From NCBI GenBank assembly GCA_036500965.1, contig DASYBC010000155.1:1230-65229 (forward strand): a DNA stretch of 64,000 nt, read 5' to 3'. The position numbers and the translations under genes were made by a program. Source of the stretch: Stellaceae bacterium (GTDB taxonomy: Bacteria > Pseudomonadota > Alphaproteobacteria > ATCC43930 > CGMCC-115725). The notes under the pieces were generated by a model. The model did not search any database and was not told the DNA's origin. It worked only from the letters and a program-made list of their open reading frames with translations. Shown here piece by piece: positions 23,625 to 33,700 of this stretch (positions are counted from its first letter, which is position 1; each line of letters starts with the position of its first letter).

Positions 23625-26395
23625 GCGGAGGCTGCGCCCCCGCGCCCCCGATTCGCGCCACCTATCGCCTGCAATTCCATCGCGGCTTCACCTTCCGCGA
23701 TGCGGCCGCTCTGGTCCCATATCTCGCGGCGCTCGGGGTCAGCCACGTCTACGCCTCGCCGATCACCGAGGCGCGGCCGGGCTCGACCCATGGCTATGAC
23801 ATCATCGATCACAACCGGCTCAACCCGGAAATCGGCAGCGACGAAGACTTCCATCAGCTGACTGCCGTGCTGCGGGCGCAAGGCATGGGGCTGATCGTCG
23901 ATTTTGTCCCGAACCATATGGGGATCGGCGCCGACAACGCCTGGTGGCTCGACGTCCTCGAATGGGGGCAGGAATCGCCGTTCGCCCGTTTTTTTGATAT
24001 CAACTGGCACCCGTTGCGCAGCGATCTCGAGGGTCGGGTGCTGCTGCCGGTCGTCGGCGAGCAATACGGGATGGTCCTCGAAAAGGGCAAGATCGCGCTG
24101 CGGTTTGACGCGACGGAGGGCAGCTTCAGCGCCTGGTATTTCGAGCACCGCTTTCCAATCTCGCCGCGTTCGTACCCGATGATCCTCGATCTCGGCGGGG
24201 AATTGCTGGCCGGGATCGCCGGCGATTTCGCGGTGCTCGCCAATCTGCCGCCGCTCGCCGCGCGCGAGCGCGCCACCGAGCTGAAGCGCGCCTTGGCCGA
24301 TTTGGCCCGCCAACCGGCGGTGGCCGGCGCGATCGAGGCGGCGCTGCAGCGGCTCGCCGTCCGGCCCGGCGACCCGGACAGCTTTAGCCCGCTGCATCGG
24401 CTGCTCGAAGCCCAATCCTACCGCATCGCCGATTGGCGGGTTGCCGCCGAGGAGATCAATTATCGCCGTTTTTTCAACATCAACGATTTGGCCGGGCTGC
24501 GCATGGAGCTGCCCGAGCTGTTCGAGGAGACGCATCGGCTGATGTTCGGTCTGGTCGAGCGCGGCGCGGTGCATGGGCTGCGCATCGACCACATCGACGG
24601 GCTGTTCGACCCGCAGGGCTACTGCGAGCGACTGCAGCAAGGTTGCGGCGCGCCGCTTTATGTGCTCGTCGAAAAGATCCTGGCGCGCTACGAGGTCCTG
24701 CCGGACTGGCCGGTCGCCGGCACCACCGGCTACGACTTTGTCAACCAGGTGCTGGCGGTGTTTATCGATCCCGACGGCGAAGCGGCGATGACGCGACTTT
24801 ATCGCCGTCTGGCGCCCCGCGACGAAACCTTCGACGATGTTCTCTACGCCTGCAAAAAGCGCATCATGCAGGTCAATCTCGCGAGCGAGATGAACGTGGT
24901 CGCGCGCGAGCTTCATCAGCTGGCGATGCGCGACATGCGAACCCGCGACTTCACCCTGAATGGGGTGCTGGCGGCTCTCGAAGAAGTGGTGGCGGCGTTT
25001 CCAGTCTATCGCACGTACGTATCGCCGCGCGGGACCGGCGTCGATGACCGACGCTACATCGACTGGGCGATCGGACAGGCGCGCAAGCGCTGGCGCGGCG
25101 CCGATACCACGATCTTCGATTTTCTGCGAGCCATTCTGACCGGCGAGGCGGCCGAGCCGGAGCGGGACCCGAGCCCCGGCGGCGCGCTTTATGCGGCGAT
25201 GCATTTTCAGCAGGTGACCGGGCCGGTCATGGCCAAGGCGGCCGAGGACACCGCCTTTTACCGCTATGTACGGCTCCTGGCGCTGAACGAGGTCGGCGGC
25301 GACCCACGGCGCTTCGGGATGTCGGTTTCGGCCTTTCATCATCTGGCGCAGCAGCGCGCCCGGCAGTGGCCGCAGGCGATGGTGACGACCGCGACGCACG
25401 ATACCAAGCGCGGCGAGGATGCGCGCGCCCGCTTGGCGCTCCTATCGGAGATGCCGCGCGAATGGGGCCGCCGGGTGTTTCAGTGGCTGCGGCTCAACCG
25501 CTCGCGCCGATCCGAAATCGACGGCGAGAATGTGCCGAGCCGCAATATCGAGTACCTGTTCTATCAGGCGCTGCTCGGCGCCTGGCCGCCCGCTCTGGCA
25601 CCCACCGACGTCGCCGGCATCGACGGCCTGGCCGAGCGGATCGAGGCCTTTATGATCAAGGCGGTGCGCGAGAGAAAGCTCGAATCGAGCTGGAGCAACC
25701 CCGACCCAGAATACGAGGCGGCGCTGCAGCGCTTTGTCCGCGGCGTGCTCGATGCGTCTCGGCCCAATCCGTTCCTTGCCGAGTTTCACGGCTTTGTCAC
25801 CGGGCTCGCGCGCGAGGGGGCGATCACCTCGCTTTCCCAGCTGGTCTTAAAGCTGACCGTGCCCGGGGTGCCCGACATCTATCAGGGCGGCGAATTGTGG
25901 GATTTCAGCCTGGTCGACCCGGACAATCGCCGGCCGGTCGATTGGGGCGCGCGCCGCGCGCTCTTTGAAACCGTCGCGGCGATGCGGTCCGGCGAGCTTG
26001 CTCGCGATTGGCAGGACGGCCGCGAAAAACTGTTCGCGACCCGCTGTCTTTTGACCTTGCGCCGCGCCCGACCCGCCCTGTTCGCCGAAGGCGACTACCA
26101 GCCGCTCGAGACCATCGGCGACGGCGGCGGCCAGCTCTGCGCTTTCTGCCGCAGCTATGCCGCCAACGGGGTGGCGCTGGTCGTTGCCGTGCCGCGCCTG
26201 GTGCACCGGCTCTATCGCGGCGGCGAGACGGCCGAGTGGGGCGACACGCGGCTCGCTCTGCCGCCGGGCGGCGGCTGGCGCGACATCTTTACCGGGCGTC
26301 GCCTCGACCGGCGCGACCGGGTTCCGGCCGCTGAGCTCTTCGCCGATTTCCCGGTCTCGGTCCTGATCGGCGATGCCGCCGTCGCGGAAAGCTGA
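23621..26395 (+). CDS. treY: malto-oligosyltrehalose synthase
   Basis: ATYRLQFHRGFTF, GVSHVYASPI, VPNHMG, GLRIDHIDGL, TTATHDTKRGED. ATGA overlap with malQ. Confidence 0.9.
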   Translation: MSGGCAPAPPIRATYRLQFHRGFTFRDAAALVPYLAALGVSHVYASPITEARPGSTHGYDIIDHNRLNPEIGSDEDFHQLTAVLRAQGMGLIVDFVPNHMGIGADNAWWLDVLEWGQESPFARFFDINWHPLRSDLEGRVLLPVVGEQYGMVLEKGKIALRFDATEGSFSAWYFEHRFPISPRSYPMILDLGGELLAGIAGDFAVLANLPPLAARERATELKRALADLARQPAVAGAIEAALQRLAVRPGDPDSFSPLHRLLEAQSYRIADWRVAAEEINYRRFFNINDLAGLRMELPELFEETHRLMFGLVERGAVHGLRIDHIDGLFDPQGYCERLQQGCGAPLYVLVEKILARYEVLPDWPVAGTTGYDFVNQVLAVFIDPDGEAAMTRLYRRLAPRDETFDDVLYACKKRIMQVNLASEMNVVARELHQLAMRDMRTRDFTLNGVLAALEEVVAAFPVYRTYVSPRGTGVDDRRYIDWAIGQARKRWRGADTTIFDFLRAILTGEAAEPERDPSPGGALYAAMHFQQVTGPVMAKAAEDTAFYRYVRLLALNEVGGDPRRFGMSVSAFHHLAQQRARQWPQAMVTTATHDTKRGEDARARLALLSEMPREWGRRVFQWLRLNRSRRSEIDGENVPSRNIEYLFYQALLGAWPPALAPTDVAGIDGLAERIEAFMIKAVRERKLESSWSNPDPEYEAALQRFVRGVLDASRPNPFLAEFHGFVTGLAREGAITSLSQLVLKLTVPGVPDIYQGGELWDFSLVDPDNRRPVDWGARRALFETVAAMRSGELARDWQDGREKLFATRCLLTLRRARPALFAEGDYQPLETIGDGGGQLCAFCRSYAANGVALVVAVPRLVHRLYRGGETAEWGDTRLALPPGGGWRDIFTGRRLDRRDRVPAAELFADFPVSVLIGDAAVAES

Positions 26396-26551
26396 TCGAG
26401 GCTGTCTACAGCCGGGGTGAGACCGGCTATACTCGACGCGGCACGGGGTTTGGCCCAACACGAGCTTGGGTCCAAACGAGCTTGGGTATGAGCCGCGGGA
26501 TCCCGGGTTACCCTGGCGGCTGGCCCAGGGGGTCGGCGGGGGAGGCGGGGC

Positions 26552-26584
26552 CCATGCCTCCCCGCCCGCTCCCCTTCCAAGCCG
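26552..26584 (+). repeat. attL core (33-bp direct repeat)
   Basis: CCATGCCTCCCCGCCCGCTCCCCTTCCAAGCCG, identical to 48300-48332. Flanks diverge on both sides. Confidence 0.8.
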
Positions 26585-26743
26585 CTGATTTGTGCCCTCT
26601 TCTCCCCGATACGCCATTGAAAAGGCGGGTGAATTGGGCGCCTGCACAGTCCCTTAGCGTGCCGTGTCATCCCTCGAAATCCCACCTTGACCCAGAATGA
26701 AAGTGGGGTTAAGAGTGGGATTGGCTCGGCGGAGGAGGGAAGC

Positions 26744-27928
26744 ATGGCGGCGCATATCGGCGGCAGGTTGACGGTCGCGAAGGTCAAGGCGGCGGGGCCA
26801 GGGAAGCACCCGGACGGCGCGAACCTCTGGCTACAGGTCGGGCCGAATAGGTCGCGTTCTTGGTATCTGCGGTATACCCTGCGCGGCCACAGGCACGAAA
26901 TGGGGCTCGGTCCCTATCCGCTGGTCGGGCTCGCGGAGGCTCGCGATCGGGCGACGATGCAGCGCAGGCTACTCCTCGACGGCACCGACCCGATAGAAAC
27001 GCGGAAGGCCAGGCAGCCGACCCGCGATCCCGTCACCTTCGCCGTCGCGGCCAAGCAGTATATCGCCGGCCACGAGAAAGCCTGGAAATCAGCCGACCAC
27101 GCGCGCCAGTGGCGCAACTCTCTTGACCGCTATGTGCTGCCGGCGCTGGGCGAGCGGCCGATCGGCGCGGTTGACACTCACGACGTGCTGTCGATCGTCG
27201 AGCCGCTATGGCAGGACAAGACTGAGACCGCGAGCCGCCTACTGAACCGCATGGGGCTGATACTCGATTGGGCGGCGGCCAGGAAGTTGCGGACTGGCGA
27301 AAACCCGGCGCGGTGGAAAGGGCACCTCGACGCGGTGCTGCCGCGGCGTTCCAAGGTGCAGCGCGAGGAACACCACTCGGCGTTGCCTTATGCCCGGTTG
27401 CCCGACTTCATGGACACACTTCGGAAGCAGACCGAGATTGGAGCGCGTGCGGCCGAGCTGATGATCCTCACCTGCACCCGCACCAGCGAGGTTCGGTTCG
27501 CGGCGTGGGCAGAGATCGACCTGGAAGCCCGGCTCTGGACCATTCCGGCCGAGCGCATGAAAGCTGAGCGCGATTACAGAGTGCCACTCTCCGGCCCGGC
27601 ACTGGCGATCCTGGAAGGTCTGCCGAAGGATGGCGAACACGTGTTCCCCAGCATGGGGCAGCATGCGATTTTGAAGGCGGTTAAGCGAGCCGATCCGACG
27701 GTAACCGCACATGGGTTCCGCTCGGCATTCTCGGACTGGTGCGCCGAGCAGACCGCGTTTCCGGCCGAGGTGCGGGAGATGGCGCTGGCTCACGCCGTAG
27801 GAAGCGCCGTGACGCAAGCTTATAGACGCGGGGATGTCCTGGAGAAGCGGCGGCAGCTCGCGGAGGCATGGACTGGCTTCTGCGCCGGCGGCCCGTCCGC
27901 GGAGAATGTGGTGCCCCTCCGCGCCTGA
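26744..27928 (+). CDS. int: tyrosine-type site-specific integrase (P4-like, DUF4102 arm-binding N-terminus)
   Basis: GRLTVAKVKAAGPGKHPDGANLWLQV...SWYLRY N-domain. Catalytic-domain residues TCTRTSE, HGFRSAFSDW, LAH...YRRGD. GGAGGAGG RBS upstream of the ATG at 26744. Confidence 0.9.
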   Translation: MAAHIGGRLTVAKVKAAGPGKHPDGANLWLQVGPNRSRSWYLRYTLRGHRHEMGLGPYPLVGLAEARDRATMQRRLLLDGTDPIETRKARQPTRDPVTFAVAAKQYIAGHEKAWKSADHARQWRNSLDRYVLPALGERPIGAVDTHDVLSIVEPLWQDKTETASRLLNRMGLILDWAAARKLRTGENPARWKGHLDAVLPRRSKVQREEHHSALPYARLPDFMDTLRKQTEIGARAAELMILTCTRTSEVRFAAWAEIDLEARLWTIPAERMKAERDYRVPLSGPALAILEGLPKDGEHVFPSMGQHAILKAVKRADPTVTAHGFRSAFSDWCAEQTAFPAEVREMALAHAVGSAVTQAYRRGDVLEKRRQLAEAWTGFCAGGPSAENVVPLRA

Positions 27929-27941
27929 GCTGGGACGCCGG

Positions 27942-28256
27942 CTAACCCGCGACTGAGTAGCCGGTGCCGTTCCGCTGAAGCCAAATCCATTGAAAGGGGA
28001 CGCTGAGCGGCGGATAGGTCCCGCCGTCGATCGCCGCGGCACAGGCGACAGTAATCGGGTAGCTCCCCGCATTCCCGGCGATGTCTTTGAGGATGAGGAA
28101 GCCGAGATCATCCGCCAGGGTCAAGGTGATCGGGCCGCCCGAGGTGTTGTTGATGAAGATCACCCCGGCCTCGGAGATCGTGCTGGTGCCGTTGACGGTG
28201 CTCGTGGGCAGCGCGAATGCAGCGTCGCCCAGGTTAGCGATTACGGTCATTGCCAT
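27942..28256 (-). CDS. hypothetical protein (beta-rich, 104 aa)
   Basis: ORF 27942..28271. The ATG at 28256 is preceded by GAGGAGG. No family recognised. Confidence 0.45.
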   Translation of the reverse strand: MAMTVIANLGDAAFALPTSTVNGTSTISEAGVIFINNTSGGPITLTLADDLGFLILKDIAGNAGSYPITVACAAAIDGGTYPPLSVPFQWIWLQRNGTGYSVAG

Positions 28257-28381
28257 CAGGTGCCTCCTCACCGAGCATCGCCGGCCTCCACGCTCCTTGC
28301 GATCTCACTAGTGTCTATCTTAGACTAAGTACCAGTGATGTCTCAAATGCATCAGCACTTTGCCGGTGCCCGGAGTTGCTC

Positions 28382-28726
28382 GTGGAAGACCGTTTGTTAA
28401 CCGTGAAAGAGTTTTGTAAGCAGGCACGTATCTGCCGCGCGACCTTCTACAATATTTGCGCGAGGGGTGAAGGCCCCGAGACGAGCTGCGTCGGCCGGAA
28501 GCGCATGGTTAGCGCCGAGGCGGCGGAGACTTGGCACAAGTGGCGCACCTGCGCCCTGAGCCGGGATGAGGTGAAGAAGCTTGCCGCGGGGATGGTCTGG
28601 GAGGTGCTCCCGGAGCTGATGGACGCGCATGGGGCCGTGCGGGGGCTGGCAGTGTTCGCGCACCAGCTCGGTGTGATCGCAGAGGCGCTGGGTGCCGGGC
28701 AGTCGGGGGAGGCAGCCCGTGGCTGA
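28382..28726 (+). CDS. AlpA/excisionase-type helix-turn-helix protein
   Basis: LLTVKEFCKQARICRATFYNICARGEGPETSCVGRKRMVSAEAAETW matches the AlpA/MerR-like excisionase HTH pattern. No ATG is available, so a GTG at 28382 is proposed. Confidence 0.6.
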   Translation: MEDRLLTVKEFCKQARICRATFYNICARGEGPETSCVGRKRMVSAEAAETWHKWRTCALSRDEVKKLAAGMVWEVLPELMDAHGAVRGLAVFAHQLGVIAEALGAGQSGEAARG

Positions 28727-30737
28727 CGCACAAATCCCCCGGATGGTCCGGGCACAGATGGGCCGCGAGGCACAAGCCCGGCCGATCCGCCTCAACCAGC
28801 AGGTGCTCCAGGCGGGGAAGCGGGGGGCGGAGGCTCCCAGGATGCGCGGGGAGCGCGTCGGCGGCGGCACTGGCCTCGGCCGCGCCTTCGGTGGCGCAGC
28901 CAGCGCGGGTGGCGCAGCCAGCGCGGGTGGCGAAGACGCCTTCCTCAGCGGCAAATTTGAGCAGAACCCCACCATTCGGCTCCTGGGCTTCCCGATCGCG
29001 GGAGGTGGCCTTACCCCTTGGGGCAAGCGCCAGCAAGCCGACCGCTCCGCGATCGACCGCTTCGTGGGCAGCTATCAGGGTCTCAAGCAGAACGGTGCCA
29101 CGGATCAGGAAGCCTTCAAGCAAGCGTGGAAGGCCAACCCGGACGGGATGTTGGCGATGTTCAATCACCCCACGGCTCTACGCAGCTTCGAGGGGCTCAC
29201 GCAGGTCCTCAACCAGGGCACGGCTGCCCCGGCGCCCGCGGAGAAATGGGCTGTCGGCGGCAACGGGGAGCAGTACCAAGTTGACCCGCAGTCCGGGAAG
29301 ATCATCGGCTCTGCGCCGATCCCTGGCTGGCAGGCTGCGCCGCAGGCTCCCGGGAAGCTGATCCGCACGGATAAGGGCTACGGCCTTCTTCAGCCCGACG
29401 GCACGGTCCGGCAGGCGACATGGTCGAACGGAAGGCCGATTGCGGGTGACGGCAGCGGCAGCGGCAGCGGCGGCGGCGTGATTGCCGGCGGGGCCGGCCC
29501 AAGCGGCGCGGTCATGGCGCCTGCAAAGCCCGGCGCTCCAGGCGCAGCCGCTGGCCCTCTCACCCGCTACAGCGGAGACCCCATCCCGCTCGGCGGCACG
29601 GGCAAGCACCCGCTGACCCAGGGCGAGGTGAGCTACCTCAGCAACGCTTCGAATTACATCAGCGATCTCAAGGTGGCCCGGGACTACGCGGATGCCTCCG
29701 GCCCGATCTCCGGAGCAGTGCAGTACGTCGGCGGCAAGTACCTCGGGGTCAATGATCAGGGCGCGACGTACGCCGCGGCGCTCAACCGGCTCGATCAGGG
29801 CTTGTACGCGCAGTACGGGATCAAGGGCTCGGCTGGGGCGAAGCAGCTCATGGCGACCCTGCCGACGCACAGCCAGGCGCCGAGCTACGTGCGGGCGTCG
29901 ATCACGCAGATGATCGACAATGCGCAGGGTGAGTTGCAGAACCGCGCCGATCTAGCAGAGCAGCGCACGCAGGCCGCGCTCCCAGGGACGCTCCGCAACC
30001 AACTTGAAACGAAAGCCGATGTCTTCTCGCTCAGCGACCAGAACGATGCCAGCCCGACATGGGTTGCGCGGAATTACCCGGACAAGCTCACCGGACAGCA
30101 AATCCTGAACCTTTCGAACTCGTCCCCAGGCACCCTGGAGCCGAGCGAGTTGTCTGGGCTGAATGACCGGCTCGACCAGGAGCAGGCTAAGAGAACTGCC
30201 GATGCCCAGGCGCAAGCCACGGCCCAGGCACAGCAAGGGCAGGCGCAGGGGCAGCGGGCGGCCGATCGGCAAGCACAGGCTCAGGTCAGTGCAGGGGCAG
30301 GCTCCGCAGGTGGCCAAGATCAGGACTTCGCGGGGGGCACAGGCGTCGACAGCTCCGCGGCGAAGCAGCCACAGCCCAGCCCAGACAGCAGCCCGGCGGC
30401 TCCGCAGCAGCAGCAGGCCCCGACGCAGGCAGGGACGGCACTCGACGCGAGCGTCCCGGGCGTCTCGGTCGCGCCGAACAGCACCTTCGCCCAGCCGCCG
30501 GCCCAGCCGCAGCCGCAGGGCGACCAGAGCATGCCGCCGGTGGCCCCAGGACCTCAAAGCGACGCTTCACAAGCCGCTCCAGCTCAGGCTGCGGCTCAGG
30601 CTGGACAAATTCCAGTAGCGCAGGCCGCCCAGGCGGCTCAGGCCCTAGCACCAGCCCAAGCTCAGCCGCCAGGCCAACCACCTGGGACCAACCCATACGC
30701 CGCGGCGGTAATCGACGCCATGGGCGGAGGCACCTGA
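28692..30737 (+). CDS. large orphan protein (up to 681 aa) with Gly/Ser and Gln/Ala/Pro low-complexity tracts
   Basis: Long ORF ending 1 nt before the RBS/ATG of the next giant ORF. Start is uncertain: GTG 28692, or ATG 28743 or 28758. No family recognised. Confidence 0.6.
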   Translation: MPGSRGRQPVADAQIPRMVRAQMGREAQARPIRLNQQVLQAGKRGAEAPRMRGERVGGGTGLGRAFGGAASAGGAASAGGEDAFLSGKFEQNPTIRLLGFPIAGGGLTPWGKRQQADRSAIDRFVGSYQGLKQNGATDQEAFKQAWKANPDGMLAMFNHPTALRSFEGLTQVLNQGTAAPAPAEKWAVGGNGEQYQVDPQSGKIIGSAPIPGWQAAPQAPGKLIRTDKGYGLLQPDGTVRQATWSNGRPIAGDGSGSGSGGGVIAGGAGPSGAVMAPAKPGAPGAAAGPLTRYSGDPIPLGGTGKHPLTQGEVSYLSNASNYISDLKVARDYADASGPISGAVQYVGGKYLGVNDQGATYAAALNRLDQGLYAQYGIKGSAGAKQLMATLPTHSQAPSYVRASITQMIDNAQGELQNRADLAEQRTQAALPGTLRNQLETKADVFSLSDQNDASPTWVARNYPDKLTGQQILNLSNSSPGTLEPSELSGLNDRLDQEQAKRTADAQAQATAQAQQGQAQGQRAADRQAQAQVSAGAGSAGGQDQDFAGGTGVDSSAAKQPQPSPDSSPAAPQQQQAPTQAGTALDASVPGVSVAPNSTFAQPPAQPQPQGDQSMPPVAPGPQSDASQAAPAQAAAQAGQIPVAQAAQAAQALAPAQAQPPGQPPGTNPYAAAVIDAMGGGT

Positions 30738-30738
30738 T

Positions 30739-33700
30739 ATGGCTCTTCCCGGTTTTGATCCTGGCTCGGGCTCGGCTGACCCCCTGGCGGACCCGACAGC
30801 AGCAGCACCAGCGCCGCAGCCCGTTGCCGCAGCCGCCGCACCGCAGCCCGTGTATCCGGCAGGTGGTGGTGACGGTGGGCCCACCGGGGCCAGCGGCCCT
30901 TCGCTCACCCCTGCGGCGCAAACCTACGTGGATCGGATGGCCTCGTCCGGGTACACGGCGGAGCAAATCAGCGCCGGGCTCGGTGTACACAGCTACGAGG
31001 GCGGTGGGACCTTCGACCCCACCGCGCAAAACCCCAACTCCGGCGCCGTTGGGATTTCGCAGGACCTCGGGCCGCGGCAGACAGGGCTTTCCGCGTTCCT
31101 CAACTCGACAGGGCAGACACCCAGCGTTGCGTCGGAGACGGACTACGATCTCAGTGAGCTTCGTGGACCCGAGGCTGCGGCGGACAAGGCCGTGCGCTCG
31201 GCGAGCACCGTGGAGGACGCGGCTCGCGCCTGGTCGCACAGTTTCGAACGGCCGGGGGCTGCCGGCGAGGCCAAGGAAGTTCCCTACGCGATCGACCTCG
31301 GCAACCGCGCTCTGCCCCTGGTGCGGGCTCGGCTGGCAGCCGCAGCCGGCGCAGCCGGCGGCTCAACCCCTAGCGGCTCCGAGGCGAACCCAGCATTCAT
31401 CGGTGCGATGACGCAGCAGGCCGACCCGGACCGCGCAGCGATCGACGAGGCGCTGCGGATGCGCGCTCGTGCCCTAGGCCAGCCCGATCCCACGCTTCCA
31501 GGGCCACCACGGGTTGAAAATGTGCAGCTCCCCTCGGGCGAAACGTCGCCACAGCCCGACCCGATCGGCGAGGCGCTGAAGCTGCGCGCTGCGTCCCGTG
31601 CAGCGGCAGGCGCTGCGGCACTGAAGGCGGCGGCCGGCGCGGAGGGCTCCGCGGCTGGCGGCAGCGGCTTCCCCTCCAATCCCCTCCCCGACGCGGGCAT
31701 CCTGCATGAGCTGGCACATGACGGGAAACTCCTCCCTGGTGCTGTGGCCCGCGGACTTACTGATCTCCTCGGCACCCCCGCGGATGCTGTAAGCTCCCTC
31801 GCCAACTACTACGCGGCCAATCCGGCGCAAGCGGCTATAGCAGCGAGCGGCGGCATGGCGCTGAGCGCCCCCGATCTGCCCGCGCAGCCAGGAGCAACGT
31901 CGCCGATCTCCGCCCTCGTGGCCCCTGCGACCTCCAGGTCGATCACCGCAGCAGGGAACCGCGCTGGCGCGGCCCTGGGGATGGGCTCGGGAGTGCTCAA
32001 CAGCCCCGCCGAGAATGGTGATTACGATGTTGCGCACAATGCCGTCTTCGGGCTCGGCCGGTTCGTCGGCGCGGGCGTGGACCCGTTTAATCCGCTCGGG
32101 CTGGTCGGCGTGGGCCGCGGCGCTTACGGCGTGTTGCGCGGAGTTGAAGGGGCCGGAGCGGCTCTCGGCAAGGCCGCACTGAGCGCCGCAGGCACGCACG
32201 TCCTCGCGCCGGTTGCGATTGCTGGCGGGGCGGATGCGGGCGAATACGCCACCGGCGTCCTCGGCGGCCAGGCGGCGGAGCAACGCTTCGGCAACCTGGT
32301 CGGCATCCCTCTCGGGATTGCCTTTCGCGGGGCTGGTGAGGGGCTTCTGCTCAAGGGGCTCGCGGGCGGCAAGGCTGGGTTTGCAGGGGTAGGCAAAGCC
32401 CTGGGCAACGGCCGGCCGGTCTTCGACAATCCCAGCGAAGCACTTAGCAACCTCGGTGACGGAGCCTTCGCAGCAAGCCTGCCCCACCCCGAAGCCGGAT
32501 TGCCGGAAGGCTACAACGTCCCCGGCGCTACCGCGAGCATGGATCAGGCCGGGCAGGCGTTCTTTCAGCAAACTGTGCACGGCGACGCCCTGGCTAGCGG
32601 GAATTATCGGAACCTCCTCGACCGCAACACACAAGCCCTTCGCGGTGCTGCCCCCGGCGGTGATCCGGGCGACGCTCTGAACTACGTCCGCAGTGTGGAG
32701 GATGCTCGGCAGCAGGCCGTTGGGCTTCGCATTCAGCAGGCTCAAGCTGATGCGGACCTGGCGCAAATTGCCGCAAGCCGAGGCACCAGCGGGCAGGCGC
32801 TGATGGTCGGCGGCCCTGGCAAGGCGCAGCTCTTCGACTACGGTGGGGAGGTGGTGAACCAGCTGGCCGCGGCGCGGGATGACGCCAAGGGCATGGCGGA
32901 TGCGGCGTGGGATGCGGCCCGGCAGGACGGCTTCACCTCGGCGACCACGGACACGCGCCCCCTGTACAACGCGATTGAAGGGCTCGCTCAGAGCAGCATC
33001 AAGAACCTCCAGGCTCCAGGCATCTTCCCCTATCGCGAGCTTGCGCCGCTGTATCAGGACGGCGACCTGCGCGGGATGTTCGATGCGATGGGCGCGCGGA
33101 AGGCGGGCACCACCGCTGCCGGCGCCGGGAACGGGCCGAATGCTGTGCTCCAAGGCCCGGCGAGCCTGGACACCTTGCACTCCCTGGAAAGCAGCCTGGG
33201 GGCTGCCGCGCGGCAGGAACAGGACGCGATCCGCTCGGGCAGCGGCTCGGGCTCGCCGCTCCGCCTGCGCAATCTCAGCGCCGTGCGGAATGTCGTCACG
33301 CAAACGATTGAGCAGGGCGCACAGTTGTCCGGGAACTACGCCGGCATGCGCAATGCGATGAATGCCACGGCAGCGTATTACAACACGTTCGGGCATGGGG
33401 TGATCGGGGACTTGCTTGGCTCGGCTGACCACGGGGATGCACCACGAAAGCTCGCAAGCTGGCTCGGGAACTCGACCAAGGCGCAAGCCGCCTCGCAGGA
33501 CTTCACCACTGCGATGGCGCACGTCGGCGGCGCTCCGGGGCTGAACAACGCCCTCGCCGACTACCTGCGGCAGGACTACCTCCTCGTCCGCGGGGAAGGC
33601 GGCCCGCTGGCCGGGCAAAAATGGGCAGATAACCACGCGGGCTTCCTTCAGGGTGCCAGCGGCCCCGGCGCTACCGACCCCTTCTCGCGCTTGCGCAGCG

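Noticed and set aside
26460-26487. 12-bp direct repeat ACGAGCTTGGGT at 26460-26471 and 26476-26487, downstream of treY.
   Set aside because: Only two copies, with no associated gene or palindrome. Possibly a regulator site, but nothing supports a function.
26500-26584. Possibility that the att core is the 3' end of a tRNA, tmRNA or SRP RNA.
   Set aside because: No GTTCRANYC T-loop and no acceptor stem can be drawn before the CCA-like triplet. The GGAA-containing reverse strand only loosely resembles the SRP helix-8 motif and lacks the conserved GUCAGGUCC. Left open as an unknown target within the attL/attR finding.
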